A DNA stretch of 64,000 nucleotides, taken from Macrostomum lignano (Eukaryota). A program made the position numbers and the translations under genes. Shown here in pieces: positions 37,001-49,719 of this stretch. The notes below the pieces were generated by a model that worked only from the letters and a program-made list of their open reading frames with translations, was not told where the DNA came from and did no database searches. Position 1 is the first letter of the stretch; every line of letters begins with the position of its first letter. The DNA is taken from NCBI GenBank assembly GCA_002269645.1, contig NIVC01000035.1:905242-969241 (forward strand), in the 5' to 3' direction.

Positions 37001-38386
37001 GCTCCTTCGAACCGCTGCCTAGCGCGTAGAAAAGCCCGATGATCCACGTCCTCCCAGCCGCCTGTGTGGCCGCCGGTCTGGGTCAGATAGCGTTCGAATT
37101 CGGCCACCTCGGGCGGCAGAGCGTCCGCAATGTCTGTTCGGGTTGTGGCTGGGGCTGCGGCGCCAGATGGAACAGCTTTGGGCCTGGAGCGAGATGGTTT
37201 AAAAAAGACGATTACTATTGATTGGTTGAAGGCAATTCTTATTGGCTGATTGAGGCACGATCTTTATTGGCTGGCTGATGGCTAATCTAACTATTTTTAT
37301 AGGCTGTCTAAGGAGAGATTGCTACTGGCTTGGCTTGCTATTGCAACGATTTTATTAACTGCATGGCTGAGGTACAATTTTCTTGACTTGCTGGGGGACG
37401 ATTTAATTGGCTGGCTGGGGGGCGGTTTTATTGGCTGGCTGGGGTACGATTTTTATTGGCTAGCTGGCGGACGATTTAATTGACTGGCTGGGGGACGATT
37501 TAATTGGCTGGCTGTGGGGGCGATATTATTGGCTGGTGGCGATTTTATTGGCTGGCTGGGGGGAGTTTTTTTAGCTGTCTGAGGGGGGGACGATTTTATT
37601 AGCTATCTGGCGGGACGAGTTTATTGGCTGGCTGGAGAAGAAGACGATTTTTATTGGCCTTAAAGTTTCTATCCAGCTGCAGATACGACCTCGGTCTCAG
37701 CTAATAAGGCCCAGAAATTAACAAAGAATTATAAAAGCCGATTAATTGATGCCAGTACAAAGGATTCATTCGAAAGCACTACACCTCAACTGGTTAAAGC
37801 TTACTATAGATAAAAAAGCTAAAACATATTAGTACACAATCCACTAAGATTCTTACTTAACGGAAGCGGCCGCATCCTCCACCTTCCAGGCGTCAATTCG
37901 TTTATCTAAGGCGGTCACTTCCTGTGCCAACAGACGCTCTTCATTAGTGAGCTCATCGTATTTCGATCGCTGAGATTCTTTCAATTCCAGCACCAGTCGT
38001 TCAATGGTTTCAACGGCCTGTTTGGCGCGCGAGACGAAATCCGCGCTTGGCGGCTCCACGGCGTCTGGATCTGTGGCCGGTTGGGAAAATTCCTTTTTAA
38101 ACGATTCCACAGCTGCTCGGATTTTGTTGGCTCCCGCTTGGAGTTGGCGCCGGTCCTGCAGCCTAGTGGTATTCAGCTCCGTCTCTAGTTCGATCAGCGG
38201 CGCCAATTCGGCGCAACCAGCAACGGCGCCAACGCGCCTACCGGACAAAAGCTGCCGAAATTCGCGCTCGATGCCACGGGCGCTGCCATCCAAACGGTGC
38301 AGATCGCGCAGAGTCTCCTGGCGTCTGGCCAACTCGGTTTGGCCGCGCCAAGCTTGAACTCGGTCCAGGCCTGCCGATGACGTCAT
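34049..38386 (-). CDS. CCDC112: Coiled-coil domain-containing protein 112, 4 exons (38386-37857, 37183-36934, 36006-35668, approx. 34510-34049)
   Basis: Motifs YDEL..EE.L...E...L..RIDAW, LPPEVAEFERYL.QTGG..GGW...DH..F, VREHEQWY, RDPNRL..PT, PHRAVPSWRRGL. First three junctions GT-AG and phase-consistent; last acceptor uncertain (apparent 1-nt surplus near 34497). Confidence 0.85.
34600..35630. repeat. 20-bp minisatellite filling CCDC112 intron 3
   Basis: Unit ACTGACTCAATTGCTCATTC. Confidence 0.95.
36090..36905. repeat. 20-bp minisatellite filling CCDC112 intron 2
   Basis: Unit TCAGATCCTTCCCTGACATC. Confidence 0.95.
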
Positions 38387-38454
38387 CTGACTGTGCAGTG
38401 CGGTGCAGTTGCTATTGCTGCGGATAAAGGGTTGCTATGGTTTTAGAGAGCTTA

Positions 38455-38805
38455 AGGTTGGTTACTATGGCGTCGGGAGCTTAATTTTGGGGATATTAAC
38501 TCCGGAAGCTTAATTCTCTTGGTTGCTAAGGAGTTACGGAGCTTAAGCTTGGTTGCTATAGAGTTAATGTGCTTATGCCTGGTTGCTATTGAGTTAATGA
38601 GCTAATGCTTGGTTGGTTGCTATGGAGTTAAGGAGCTATGCTTGGTAGGTATGGAGTTAAGGAGCTTATGCCTGGTTGCTATGGAGTTAAGGAGCTTATG
38701 CTTGGTTGCTATGGAGTTAAGGAGCTTATGCTTGGTTGCTATGGAGTTAAGGAGCTTATGCCTGGTTGCTATGGAGTTAAGGAGCTTATGCCTGGTTGCT
38801 ATGGT
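38455..38805. repeat. 30-bp minisatellite
   Basis: Unit GGTTGCTATGGAGTTAAGGAGCTTATGCTT. Confidence 0.85.
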
Positions 38806-39274
38806 GCCAGGGACATTTATGATGCTTTCAACGAGTTTTCAATGAAAGCTTAATACTTATTACTATGGAGACGTTGAGCTTTGGCATGGTTGCTACGGTC
38901 TAAAGAGACTCAATATATAAAATAGATAGTTATTCTGTCAATTAAAAAAACATGAATTGTCATTCAAGATGTAAGGCATTCAAAAATCTTAAAAATTATA
39001 TACATTTAATATTATTTTTAAAATGGATACAAGCTTCAGTTAAATTTATACATGCAAATTGCAACATTACCTGAATTTATTAACGCAAGGCGGTACTAGT
39101 ATTTGTTTTGTATAGGAGTTGTCAACACAAGTAAAAATGCTTTATGCATAAACAAAAATAGGATTAAGCCACTAATAAAACTACAGAATGACCTAAACTG
39201 AACATAATTTACTTGATAATAAGAAACTGATTTTCACTTATTACGCTCATACATTTGGAAAATCTGAAAGTTTT

Positions 39275-39635
39275 TTAACTACAGTTGAGACTCCGAAGGC
39301 CATTCTTAACTACAGTTGAGACTCAGAAGGCCATTCTTAACTACAGTTGAGACTCCGAAGGCCATTCTTAACTACAGTTGAGACTCCGAAGGTCATTCTT
39401 AACTACAGTTGAGACTCCGAAGGTCATTCTTAACTACAGTTTAGACTCCGAAGGCCATTCTTAACTACAGTTGAGACTCCGAAGGTCATTCTTAACTACA
39501 GTTGAGACTCAGAAGGCCATACTTGACTACAGTTGAGACTCCGAAGGTCATTCTTAACTACAGTTGAGACTCAGAAGGCCATTCTTAACTACAGTTTAGA
39601 CTCCGAAGGCCATTCCTAACTACAGTTGAGATTCA
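39275..39635. repeat. 31-bp minisatellite
   Basis: Unit TAACTACAGTTGAGACTCCGAAGGCCATTCT. Confidence 0.9.
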
Positions 39636-39691
39636 AGGACCATTCTGAGCAGAGATTAGACTGTCAAAGGCTCAATAAAATAGTTCTCAAA

Positions 39692-42167
39692 TCAAGCGTA
39701 CAACGGACAAGCTGAGACATTGTCAGCTCGGAAATGAAACTGGTGACAGATGCGACAAGAGCGCAAGCCGAACGCATTTGTGCAGGTTGGCGCGGAGCCA
39801 TCAACAGCAGGCTGAGCAGCCGCACACGACAACAAGCCGCACGGGTACCATAGCAGACAGGCAGCTAGCTGACAGACACAACCAGACGATGAAGATGAAG
39901 AAGCTAAATTTGAGTCCAGACTCCAAGCTTGGCGACAAGTTATCGATGGAAACTGTTGATTAATACCCGCACGCTTTAGCTGGTTAAGCATAGTTCGCAT
40001 AGCAGGATTATGGGGCCTGAGCTGGGCTGACAAGGTCAAATCCTCTGGAGCAAAGTGAGCAGTGCCCATCCGGCCTATAGCCCTGATGCAGTGCTTGGCC
40101 AGCGTTGGAGAAACTTTAACTAGCGTTGCCATGGCAACCGATTGACTAGCCCAGTGAGCGAGTTTGCCTCGATCTTCGTTTGCCACAAAGCTTAGTAGAG
40201 ATTGCTTCTGAGACAGCATCATTGAGGCAAGACGATGGCGGAGCTCGCGCATGGGGACATGGTCCTGTGAAGGGTGCAGAGTCAATCCATTTTTATATTC
40301 CTATAGATAAATTCTACCGATTCACACAAATGCATTGTACCTGTCATCACAAATCCTATCTACCGATTCACACAAATGCATTGTACCTGACAACACAAAT
40401 CCTATCTACCGATTCACACAAATGCATTGTACCTGTCATCACAAATCCTATCTACCGATTCACACAAATGCATTGTACCTGTCATCACAAATCCTATCTA
40501 CCGATTCACACAAATGCATTGTACCTGACATCACAAATCCTATCTACCGATTCACACAAATGCATTGTACCTGTCATCACAAATCCTATCTACCGATTCA
40601 CACAAATGCATTGTACCTGACATCACAAATCCTATCTACCGATTCACACAAATACATTGTACCTGACATCACAAATCCTATCTACCGATTCACACAAATG
40701 CATTGTACCTGACATCACAAATCCTATCTACCGATTCACACAAATGCATTGTACCTGACATCACAAATCCTATCTACCGATTCACACAAATGCATTGTAC
40801 CTGTCATCACAAATCCTATCTACCGATTCACACAAATGCATTGTACCTGACATCACAAATCCTATCTACCGATTCACACAAATGCATTGTACCTGACATC
40901 ACAAATCCTATCTACCGATTCACACAAATACATTGTACCTGACATCACAAATCCTATCTACCGATTCACACAAATGCATTGTACCTGTCATCACAAATCC
41001 TATCTACCGATTCACACAAATGCATTGTACCTGACATCACAAATCCTATCTACCGATTCACACAAATGCATTGTACCTGACAACACAAATCCTATCTACC
41101 GATTCACACAAATGCATTGTACCTGACATCACAAATCCTATCTACCGATTCACACAAATGCATTGTACCTGACAACACAAATCCTATCTACCGATTCACA
41201 CAAATGCATTGTACCTGACAACACAAATCCTATCTACCGATTCACACAAATGCATTGTACCTGACATCACAAATCCTATCTACCGATTCACACAAATGCA
41301 TTGTACCTGACATCACAAATCCTATCTACCGATTCACACAAATGCATTGTACCTGACAACACAAATCCTATCTACCGATTCACACAAATGCATTGTACCT
41401 GACATCACAAATCCTATCTACCGATTCACACAAATGCATTGTACCTGACAACACAAATCCTATCTACCGATTCACACAAATGCATTGTACCTGACATCAC
41501 AAATCCTATCTACCGATTCACACAAATGCATTGTACCTGACAACACAAATCCTATCTACCGATTCACACAAATGCATTGTACCTGACAACACAAATCCTA
41601 TCTACCGATTCACACAAATGCATTGTACCTGACAACACAAATCCTATCTACCGATTCACACAAATCCATTCTACTGATTCACACAAATCAGTTCAAATCA
41701 GTTATTCACACATACATTCTCATTTTTCAAACATTTATATCTACCCCAAATTTACATAAAAAATTTAAAAAACCTGAAATAACAAAATCAAAAGTTTCAC
41801 AGCCATAAAACAGCAGAATTACCTGAGGCGGCACCGATGTTAAAAAGCAAAATCCAAGTGGCACGTGAGCCTGTCTCTTATCAGTCCCTGTGCCTAATTG
41901 AGGCGGCACAATCAAACGAAAACTAGCCAAAGAGGTGACAGGATCAAAGGCCGCTGACACATCAGTTTGTCCAGGCCTTGGCTCAGTGGTGACAACCAAA
42001 ATTTTCGCACCTTTATCAGCCAGCTTAGTAAACCGATAAGTGATAAACTCGCCAACATTGTTGTGACTCACAATACGAATTAGATTTCGAGATGCATCAG
42101 TTGTTAATAATAAATTATAAGCTGCTACTGAGATCAGCACCAGCAGCCAATGCTTTGAAAGAAGCAT
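39692..42167 (-). CDS. OAF: Out at first (OAF) homolog, 2 exons (42167-41823, 40264-39692), 305 aa, secreted
   Basis: Signal peptide; C-terminal Cys pattern CVCQLAACLLWYPCGLLSC...GLRSCR.C..FHF.......C matches my recollection of OAF (CVC.Y...LAWYPC.LKYC...CGIRSC...F.F). Phase-0 GT-AG intron. Confidence 0.85.
40314..41690. repeat. 46-bp minisatellite, about 30 copies, filling the OAF intron
   Basis: Unit CTACCGATTCACACAAATGCATTGTACCTGACATCACAAATCCTAT. Confidence 0.95.
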
Positions 42168-42984
42168 GAACAAATAATTTTTTTTTCAAAAGCATAAATG
42201 ACTAGTCTAGATTCATAAATAAAAGCTAATAAATGTACTATGATAATAATTGGGATCTCATTTAGTCTTATTATATATTTAGGCCACATAGGTTGATTTT
42301 TAGGATTGGTTCAAAGATTAAAGTCCATATCCTAAGCTCAAAAAATAATTGTTTTATTTTTTAGAATATATATTGATAACTACCATTCAAATCGACACAA
42401 GAAACTAGATATTTACCTTAGATATTCTCATTAATTTGAATTTTTGAACCTATTTGATTTAACTCAAATATTCCATAGAACCAATTCAAATATCAAATAT
42501 TATTGAATGCAGATATTTTAGTTAATAATATGCCTACCTCACTACTTATCTGTTACTTGCCAATAGTACTGATTAATAGTTGAATGAATTCATTTTTGAT
42601 AAATTGCAATTACTTACTGCTCATTGCTAGAAGCACATGGTATTTAATATTTGGCCCAATGCTTTAGCAGCCCTTGCCAAAAAGGCATATATCTTTATGA
42701 ACAACAGACCAAAGGGCAATCTCACCCCTCTGAGTTTGGAAATCCAGTGCCCTAAATCCAATGTTCTATAAACTAGATTCTTAATGCTCCACTTTTTTTG
42801 GAGGGTTTAGTTGGGAGAGGCCAGGGTTTAGTTGGGAGAGGCTCCTTTGGGTTGCCATGGCTGTGGGGGCCATCATACAACCGGTTTTTTGGCTCTTTCT
42901 AACCTGGTGAAGGCATGGGCTTCCCTGATTGGTTCACTCAACCCCCCCTGGCCCTAGGGGGTTTTGATTTGAGCTTGGAGTAGG

Positions 42985-43995
42985 TGAATGCCCCGAAGGC
43001 AGGGGGTAAGGCCCACTCTTTGCCCAACTGGTATTGCCTGCTCAGCTTCACCCTGGCTCAACCCCGCATCTTTGTTGTTGACTTTGAGGCCGCCATGTGG
43101 AGAGCAATGCAGGAGGTCTTCCCTGAGTCTTCTCTTTGTGGCTGCACATTCCATTATACCCAGGCTGTGTGGCGGCATGTTCAGGCCATTGGACTCCAAC
43201 AGGCATATATAAATGATATGGGTACATAGAGCTTCTGTTGTAAGCTCATGGGTTTACCATTCTTGCCTGGTAGACACATCGCACAAGCATTCTATGAGCT
43301 GCATGCAAGTATGGATTCGGAGTGACTGTAGCAGTTGTGTGACTATGTGCAGTCAACTTGGATCCAAAGCAGCATCTGGACCACCATGGAGCTATTGGTC
43401 TACTGTCATGCAATATGCATTAACAACGATACAGAGGGCTGGCACCACAAGCTGAACCACTAAGCACAGCATGGCCAGCTCCAGTTCTACCTGCTTTTGA
43501 AGCTGCTGCATGACGAAGGGCAACTTGTCATTGTTGAGGTACAGCTGCTTGCCCAGGGAGGAATTTGACACCTGCAGCGGGTGGACATCTGCCACCGACA
43601 AGAACAGTTTGTGCAGTTTTGGAATGAGTACAACAAAGGTACGCGCATAGCCCAGCAGCTCTTTGGGGGCCTGCGGCTGTCTGAATGCGCCTACTTGAAA
43701 TAGAACATGCTAATTGCAATCAAAGTATGGAATATCCATTTTATATATTGTAATTTTCTCTTTGTATTTTTGTATGCTCTAACTTACCTTTCAAATGATC
43801 ATTGTTTTATGTTTTACTGCATTTATATTCATGCTGCTCAATATATCAATTTGAAGTTTGAACTCGTCTAAGCTGTTCAGAGATTGCATGCAAAGTATTG
43901 TCAAAGACAAATGCACTGCAGAACCTTTTGCTGAAATGCCTTTGCCAAAATGTCCTTTTGCCGAAATGTCTTTTCGCCGAAGTGACCTGTATCCC
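42985..43995 (+). mobile_element. Decayed Mutator-like (MULE) transposase fragment with a probable right terminus
   Basis: VVDFEAAMWRAMQEVFP...GCTFHYTQAVWRHVQAIGL, then LPFLP, YVQSTWI, NNDTEGWHHKL with stops and frameshifts. TIR-like end with GCCGAAA-type subrepeats ...AGTGACCTGTATCCC (to 43995). Left end not found. Confidence 0.8.
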
Positions 43996-45199
43996 ATAGA
44001 TAGTAGTATGCTATCAAGTAGGGCTTAGAGGATATTGCCAAAGTGCTAATAGGGGAAAGCTTGGCGCCACATGAACTCCTGCAGGTATGTTTTGTACATT
44101 TTGCCCTACAAACTCTGGGGCTTTAAGGAAAGGGATGCTGCTAAGCTGCAAATACTGTGAATATAGTGCTTTGCACTTAAAATCAAAATGACTGTGGATG
44201 ACCTTCTGCCCTAACATGGATTGTGCCTGCCACCTCAGGAGGTTCACCCAGCTCTTGAACAATCAAATATGGACACTTCTAAATGTTTCTAAAATGTTGA
44301 CATAATGAAAATATTCATTTTTGGAAAGTTTCATGTCAATAGGGCCTAGGGCTAGGCCTAGCTAAAAATGTGCATACAGTGAGTTTACCAAACGATTCTG
44401 CAGGATAGCCAAACTTTCGGCTTTATCAATGGAAAACTCTTATAAAATACAAATATTAGGCCTATAATACTAATAGGGGAACCGTTGAGACCATAACATA
44501 CGCCTATGTATGCAATGCAAGGGCAAGGCGTCCGCGTGCGCTAGTGCAGAAAAAAAGTTTCAGTTTTAATGCTTCCGTCAATATGTGCTACGGTAGTTAA
44601 CAATCATTTTTTGAAAAAGAAAAATCTGACAGTGTCGAATTATTGGTCAAAATTTTTGTTCTAAGCTTTATTGGTATTAACCGTTTCCGTTGGTAAATGC
44701 CATTGTCATTTCGTACTCGTAGTCATTTCGTTTTAAAATTCGTGGAATTAAAATGCTTAAATTTTTTTATTGCACTAAACAAATAATTAAAATTTGAGTA
44801 ATTTTTGGCAAAAAAATATGTGTGGTTTTAGAAATAAACTAATTTTATTTACATTTTGCATTTAAAAAAGAAAAAACTTTTCGTTTAATCGTTTTCATCG
44901 ATCTAAAACAAATTACCTTTTTTCCAAAAAACACGGTTGACCATAACACAATTTGTTGGTAGGCCCTAATAGTAATTCAATTGTAATTGGTAAATGAACA
45001 AAAGCATATAAATAGCAGGTATAAGATATCATCTTGAAGTTTTCTGTTTGGTATACAGTTTCTATCATATTTTTTAGGCTAGAGGTCTGCTTGTGACTTT
45101 TAATTATATTTTTTGAAAATTTATTTACCTGGGAATTAGCAGTTACCCATCTATGTTTTTAATGAATTAGAAATTAAATCTATTTTTGTCTCACTCATC

Positions 45200-48025
45200 A
45201 TGAACAATACAATCGTTGCAATAAAGTTAGAGGACTCTGAACCAGGCTTTATTTTGCTGTCTGCCTCCAAAAATTCTATCACTGGCTGGAAAATTGAAGG
45301 TTCTCATGTTTCTCTTCTTAAGGTTTCCAGTGCTTTTAGTGATGGTATAGACTTTTTTGCTACTCTCAAACATGTTCAACAAGATAAGCAACTTTTCTTT
45401 GCACGAATTAATAGTGCCAACAAGTCTGTGTCAATCTGCAAGAATGTTGATGATATTGTGATTAAAGTCATTCAATTTGATATTATTGAAATCAATAATG
45501 AGAAATTAACATCAGAAGATTTTATGCCCATCTTTAATGTTGCTTTGTAAGTATTTTTTAGGTAAAAATATTGATTAAACATTTGCTTGTTTTTTGTTGC
45601 TATGTTTTTAATTCTAGAATATTTTATTAAATTTTTTTTCTTTTTTAAATTAGGCCTTAGGCCTAGTTGCCATAGTCCGGATCATGTTGGGTGCACGCCC
45701 AAACAAAAAGTAAATAATAACAAATGCATGCCAAAAAATATATAGTGCACGCCCATTCTCAAAAATATGCCAGTGTTGCGACAATAAAAGACCTTTTTTA
45801 CATTGTGACAATAAAATACCTTTTTTAAATTGCATAATAGACCCTTATTACCAGATTATTTGGTTGCTTGGTTGCTTTTTATGTGATGCTTTTTGGCGAT
45901 ATTATTTACAGTAGAAGATTTATATATGAAAAGATTTGTTTCAATGCTAATGTATAGTGCATGCCTATTCTCAAAAATATGCCAGTGTTGCGACAATAAA
46001 AGACCTTTTTTACATTGTGACAATAAAATACCATTTTTAAATTGCGTAATAGACCCTTATTACCAGATTATTTGGTTGCTTGGTTGCTTTTTATGTGATG
46101 CTTTTCGGCAATATTATTTACAGTAGAAGATTTATACACAAAAAGATTTGTTTCAATGCTCTTTTACAAGCTTAAAAAACTGGAAAGCTTAGAATTTGTG
46201 CTTAAAATAAACTTTTTTCATCTTTTTTCTACTTCACAATAACTCTTACACGTGATTCTATAAAGTGCATGCCAGGTATGCATGCATACTATTTTCTCAG
46301 GAGTGATGTACGCCAACTGTGCATGCCTAATTTTGGCATGCAAGGCCAATATACACCCAAATTTTTGGGCATATACTACATGATCTGGAGTGTGGCCTAG
46401 TTGCCCTATTGGTTTTATTATAGTGTTCCGCCGTAAGGAGGGTCCATGTATTGTAGCCATAGCCATAAGCAAAACTATGGCTTACTCCACTTCTCTGTAT
46501 TATAGATGGCCATTGGGACCTCAAAATTACCATATTCCTGTAGTTCCCGTAGCCATAGCTATAGTTTTACCAAAAAGTCTAAAAAACAAAATATTTTGAA
46601 TCAAGAAGATAACATAGTGCTTAAACAACTACAAATTGAATTAGAAAATAAAAGAAGCACTTAATTGTCTTTGTAAGATTATATTTTGTCTTTTTTCAGA
46701 GCAACAAGACTTAATCATTATTGAAAGTACTAATGCTAAACTTTTTCAAATTAATAAAAATTAGAGTTTGCTAGTGTTTTATTGTACTTTTTTAGGTATA
46801 TTTTATAAGTTTCTAGGTTGATAATACAGTTTATTAAAAGTATCTTTGTTTTACTCTACCTGTTTCTAATATTTTTTTTCAATTTTTAACATGAATAACT
46901 ACAGCTATGGGAATCTACGGAATGTAACAGCAACTACTATATTTCTGTAGTTGTAGCCATAAAAGCAGCTAGCTACCGTAGGCATATCTGTAGCTACCAT
47001 ATGTACTTTTTTACCATATTTGTCATAGGATCCGTAGCTATGGCTATGGTGGAACACTTTTATTATTAGTAATAGTGTCAATAAAAGCAATACTTAAAGA
47101 TAATGCTGTGACACTCTGATCCCAGTAATATATAGAAAGCTTAATATCAACATTTGAATATGATTGCAATTTCTGAAAACTTCAATGCGTTTCGCACGCC
47201 ATGGTGCATTGTCAGGATTTTATTAGAACGATTTGAGAAATTGAGATTGAAAGCAATTGATTAAATATTGGTTTTTTGCAACGTACACAGGTAAGGAGGG
47301 TAAGATTGAAAACAATTGATTACAACATTGATTACAACAATTATAGATTGAGATTGAAAGTTAAACCAAATGTACAAAATTCTTGTCCAGTGGTCAAAAG
47401 GCAGAATCAGGGGCGGTAGCTTAAGTAATTGAACGTCAAGCTAAGTGTACACAGCGTGCACGACTGTGTCACTCACTGTTCAGAAAACGCGGAGAATGTG
47501 ACTTGCACCACTATGTTGTAATTGGGTGTTGAGATTCGGGGTCTGAGCTTTTATGTGCATGATTACCTTCACCTTCTCAACAATGCTCATTCTGACAGGT
47601 CATTGGAGTCCCACCTGGCGGCAGCTCAGGCCGCTTTGGCCAGCCAATCAGCTGAGCTGGCTGATCTGCACCAGCGCAACGAACAGTTGCTGGCCAAGTA
47701 CACTGGAACTGCCGCTGAGAAGGCCGCCATACGCGACAACCTCTTGACTGCATTCTCCCGAGTGCTCAACTCTAAAAAAGAGCGCATTCGCCAGTTGGTT
47801 GACAAGGATCCAGTTGACAGGTCTGAGTCAGACGAAGTTGGAGACGGTGATGCTGCTAATAGCGAGGGCGGCGGCGACATCAAACGCGGCGGCAACATCA
47901 AACGGAAAGTGCCAACAACAAAAAAGGCGGCAACATCAAAGAAAACTAAGCCAGCAGTTCGACGCACTAGAAGCGGTGCGAAATCAGCTGCCGCTGAAGA
48001 GGATAGTGGAAGTGAAGAATTCTGA
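45200..48025 (+). CDS. XRCC4: XRCC4-like NHEJ protein, 2 exons (45200-45546, 47599-48025), 257 aa
   Basis: Exon 2 has a coiled coil and FSRVLNSKKERIRQL (XRCC4 signature F..VLN.KK.KIR.L). Exon 1 resembles the head domain in length and pattern (..KNVDDIVIKVIQFDI..). Phase-2 junction tt|g with GTAAGT donor and CAG acceptor. Confidence 0.8.
45744..46150. repeat. Tandem duplication of approx. 200 bp in the XRCC4 intron
   Basis: Block starting TAGTGCA.GCC.ATTCTCAAAAATATGCCAG at about 45744 repeats at about 45954. Confidence 0.85.
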
Positions 48026-48309
48026 ACTCTATCGGTTCAATCTGCTATGCTGCTTTTCAGACAGAAACTTATCAATCAATCAATGTATCACATGTACTTT
48101 TAATCATTATGATTAATAAATTGTCCTATAAATCCAGACCAAAGTGCTGCGTTTGGTTAAATTTTCTAGCTTAGCTTTTTCTTTCATCTTAAAAAGTTAA
48201 TTTCTTTATTACTATTTTTATATTAGCGAAGGTTAAATTGTTGTTTTAGAGCACAGGTCGGCGAACTTTATAAAACTAAGGGCGAGTTATTGAAACTAGC
48301 GCAAGACTG

Positions 48310-48710
48310 CCGGCCAGAGAGGAGAGGGGAGAGAAGAGAAAATGGGGAGATGAGAGGAGAGAGAAGAGGGGAGAGGAGAGAGAAGAGAGTAGAGAGAGTA
48401 GAGTAGAGAGAGGAGAGGAGAGACAAGAGGGGAGAGAAGAGAAAATGGGGAGATGAGAGGAGAGAGAACAGGGGAGAGGAGAGAGTAGAGTAGAGAGAAG
48501 AGAGGAGAGGAGAGACAAGAGGGGAGAGAAGAGAAAATGGGGAGAAGAGAGGAGATGAGAGAGGAGAGAGAAGAGAGGAGAGTAGAGAGAAGAGAGGAGA
48601 GAAGAGACAAGAGGGGAGAGAAGAGAAAAGGGGGAGATGAGAGGAGAGAGAAGTGGGGCGAGGCGAGAGAAGAGGGGAAATAGGAGAGGAGAAAAGAAAA
48701 ATAATAAGAG
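48310..48710. repeat. GA-rich low-complexity tract
   Basis: Directly visible. Confidence 0.9.
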
Positions 48711-49078
48711 AGCTGAGATCCGGGACGTAAACCTTGATCGGGCTGGATTGCTTTTGATGTCCTTTGAAGTTAAAGATTTAAACTACATGGCATGGTTTTA
48801 GCCCGTTGAAAACGATACCGTGACAAGAATTGCTTAAGAGTCATTGCAAGCAACTCACTGGTGACTCTAGCGATTCTGGGGCCACTCTTGTGACTTTTTA
48901 ATGATTCACAATTTCAATGCGACGAATTGGGCGACTCTTTAGTAAAGACTACGGGATTTTTAGAGTCGCAAAAAGTCGTCCAAGAATGGTGGTGTTGGAG
49001 CTTAACTTTCTACTAACTCAAGTAGACTAAATAGAGTTGTAATGAGTGCGCCAGAGTCGCAGACAATAAAACGCTCAG

Positions 49079-49650
49079 ATGCTCGACGCAAATGACTGGG
49101 CATGGGACGCTTGTTGGCCTCAGGTACCGTTTTTATCGGGTCGGGTAAACAGCTAGAGTAACTATAACTTAATTTAGATCTAAAAAGCCTCGTCACCTAA
49201 TTAGAACTTATTATTTGTATTACGCTTCAGGACTGGATTGACACAAGCCAGATCTCGGGCCCGCTGTCCGCCCTGTCAACAATATCTTGGCGTACGGAGC
49301 CCGGCCTGTTAATATTGCTGAGCATTCATCCTGTTTGCCTGATGCTGATATTGTTGCTGCGCAGAAGAAGTTGGCTACTGTTTGGCTTGCTTTTGCTGCT
49401 TCTAGCCAGCGTCTTGGCGGCCGATGCCGTCAATCGTCAGTTGGCGACGCACTGGCGAGTCCTCAGATTTGGGGAGCAGTACTTCGATTCACCTGGATTT
49501 TTCATTACCTTTATCTGGTCTGTGCCGGTGCTGGTCAACTGCGTGGTGATTCTGTGCTTCCTCATCTATCAGATGATGAACCTGACTGTTGATAAGGAGA
49601 GAGCCCGGCTGCTGACCGAGGCTAAGGACAGGCGGACTAAAAAGGACTGA
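49079..49650 (+). CDS. TMEM18: Transmembrane protein 18; main exon 49231-49650, putative first exon 49079-49123
   Basis: W.TEP.L..L...H, AD.VN...A.HW......QYFDS.G.FI..IWSVP.L.N. Acceptor TTCAG at 49226-49230. The first exon is a plausible ATG..CAG|GT but less certain. Confidence 0.85.
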
Positions 49651-49719
49651 GCATCTTTGAGAACTGAACTCACAGACTCACTAATTCACATTTCTCAGGT
49701 TTGTCACAGCTGTTAGCGT

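Noticed and set aside
44470-44965. Possible hAT-like MITE (TAGGG...CCCTA)
   Set aside because: Terminal match is only about 5 bp and there is no 8-bp TSD.
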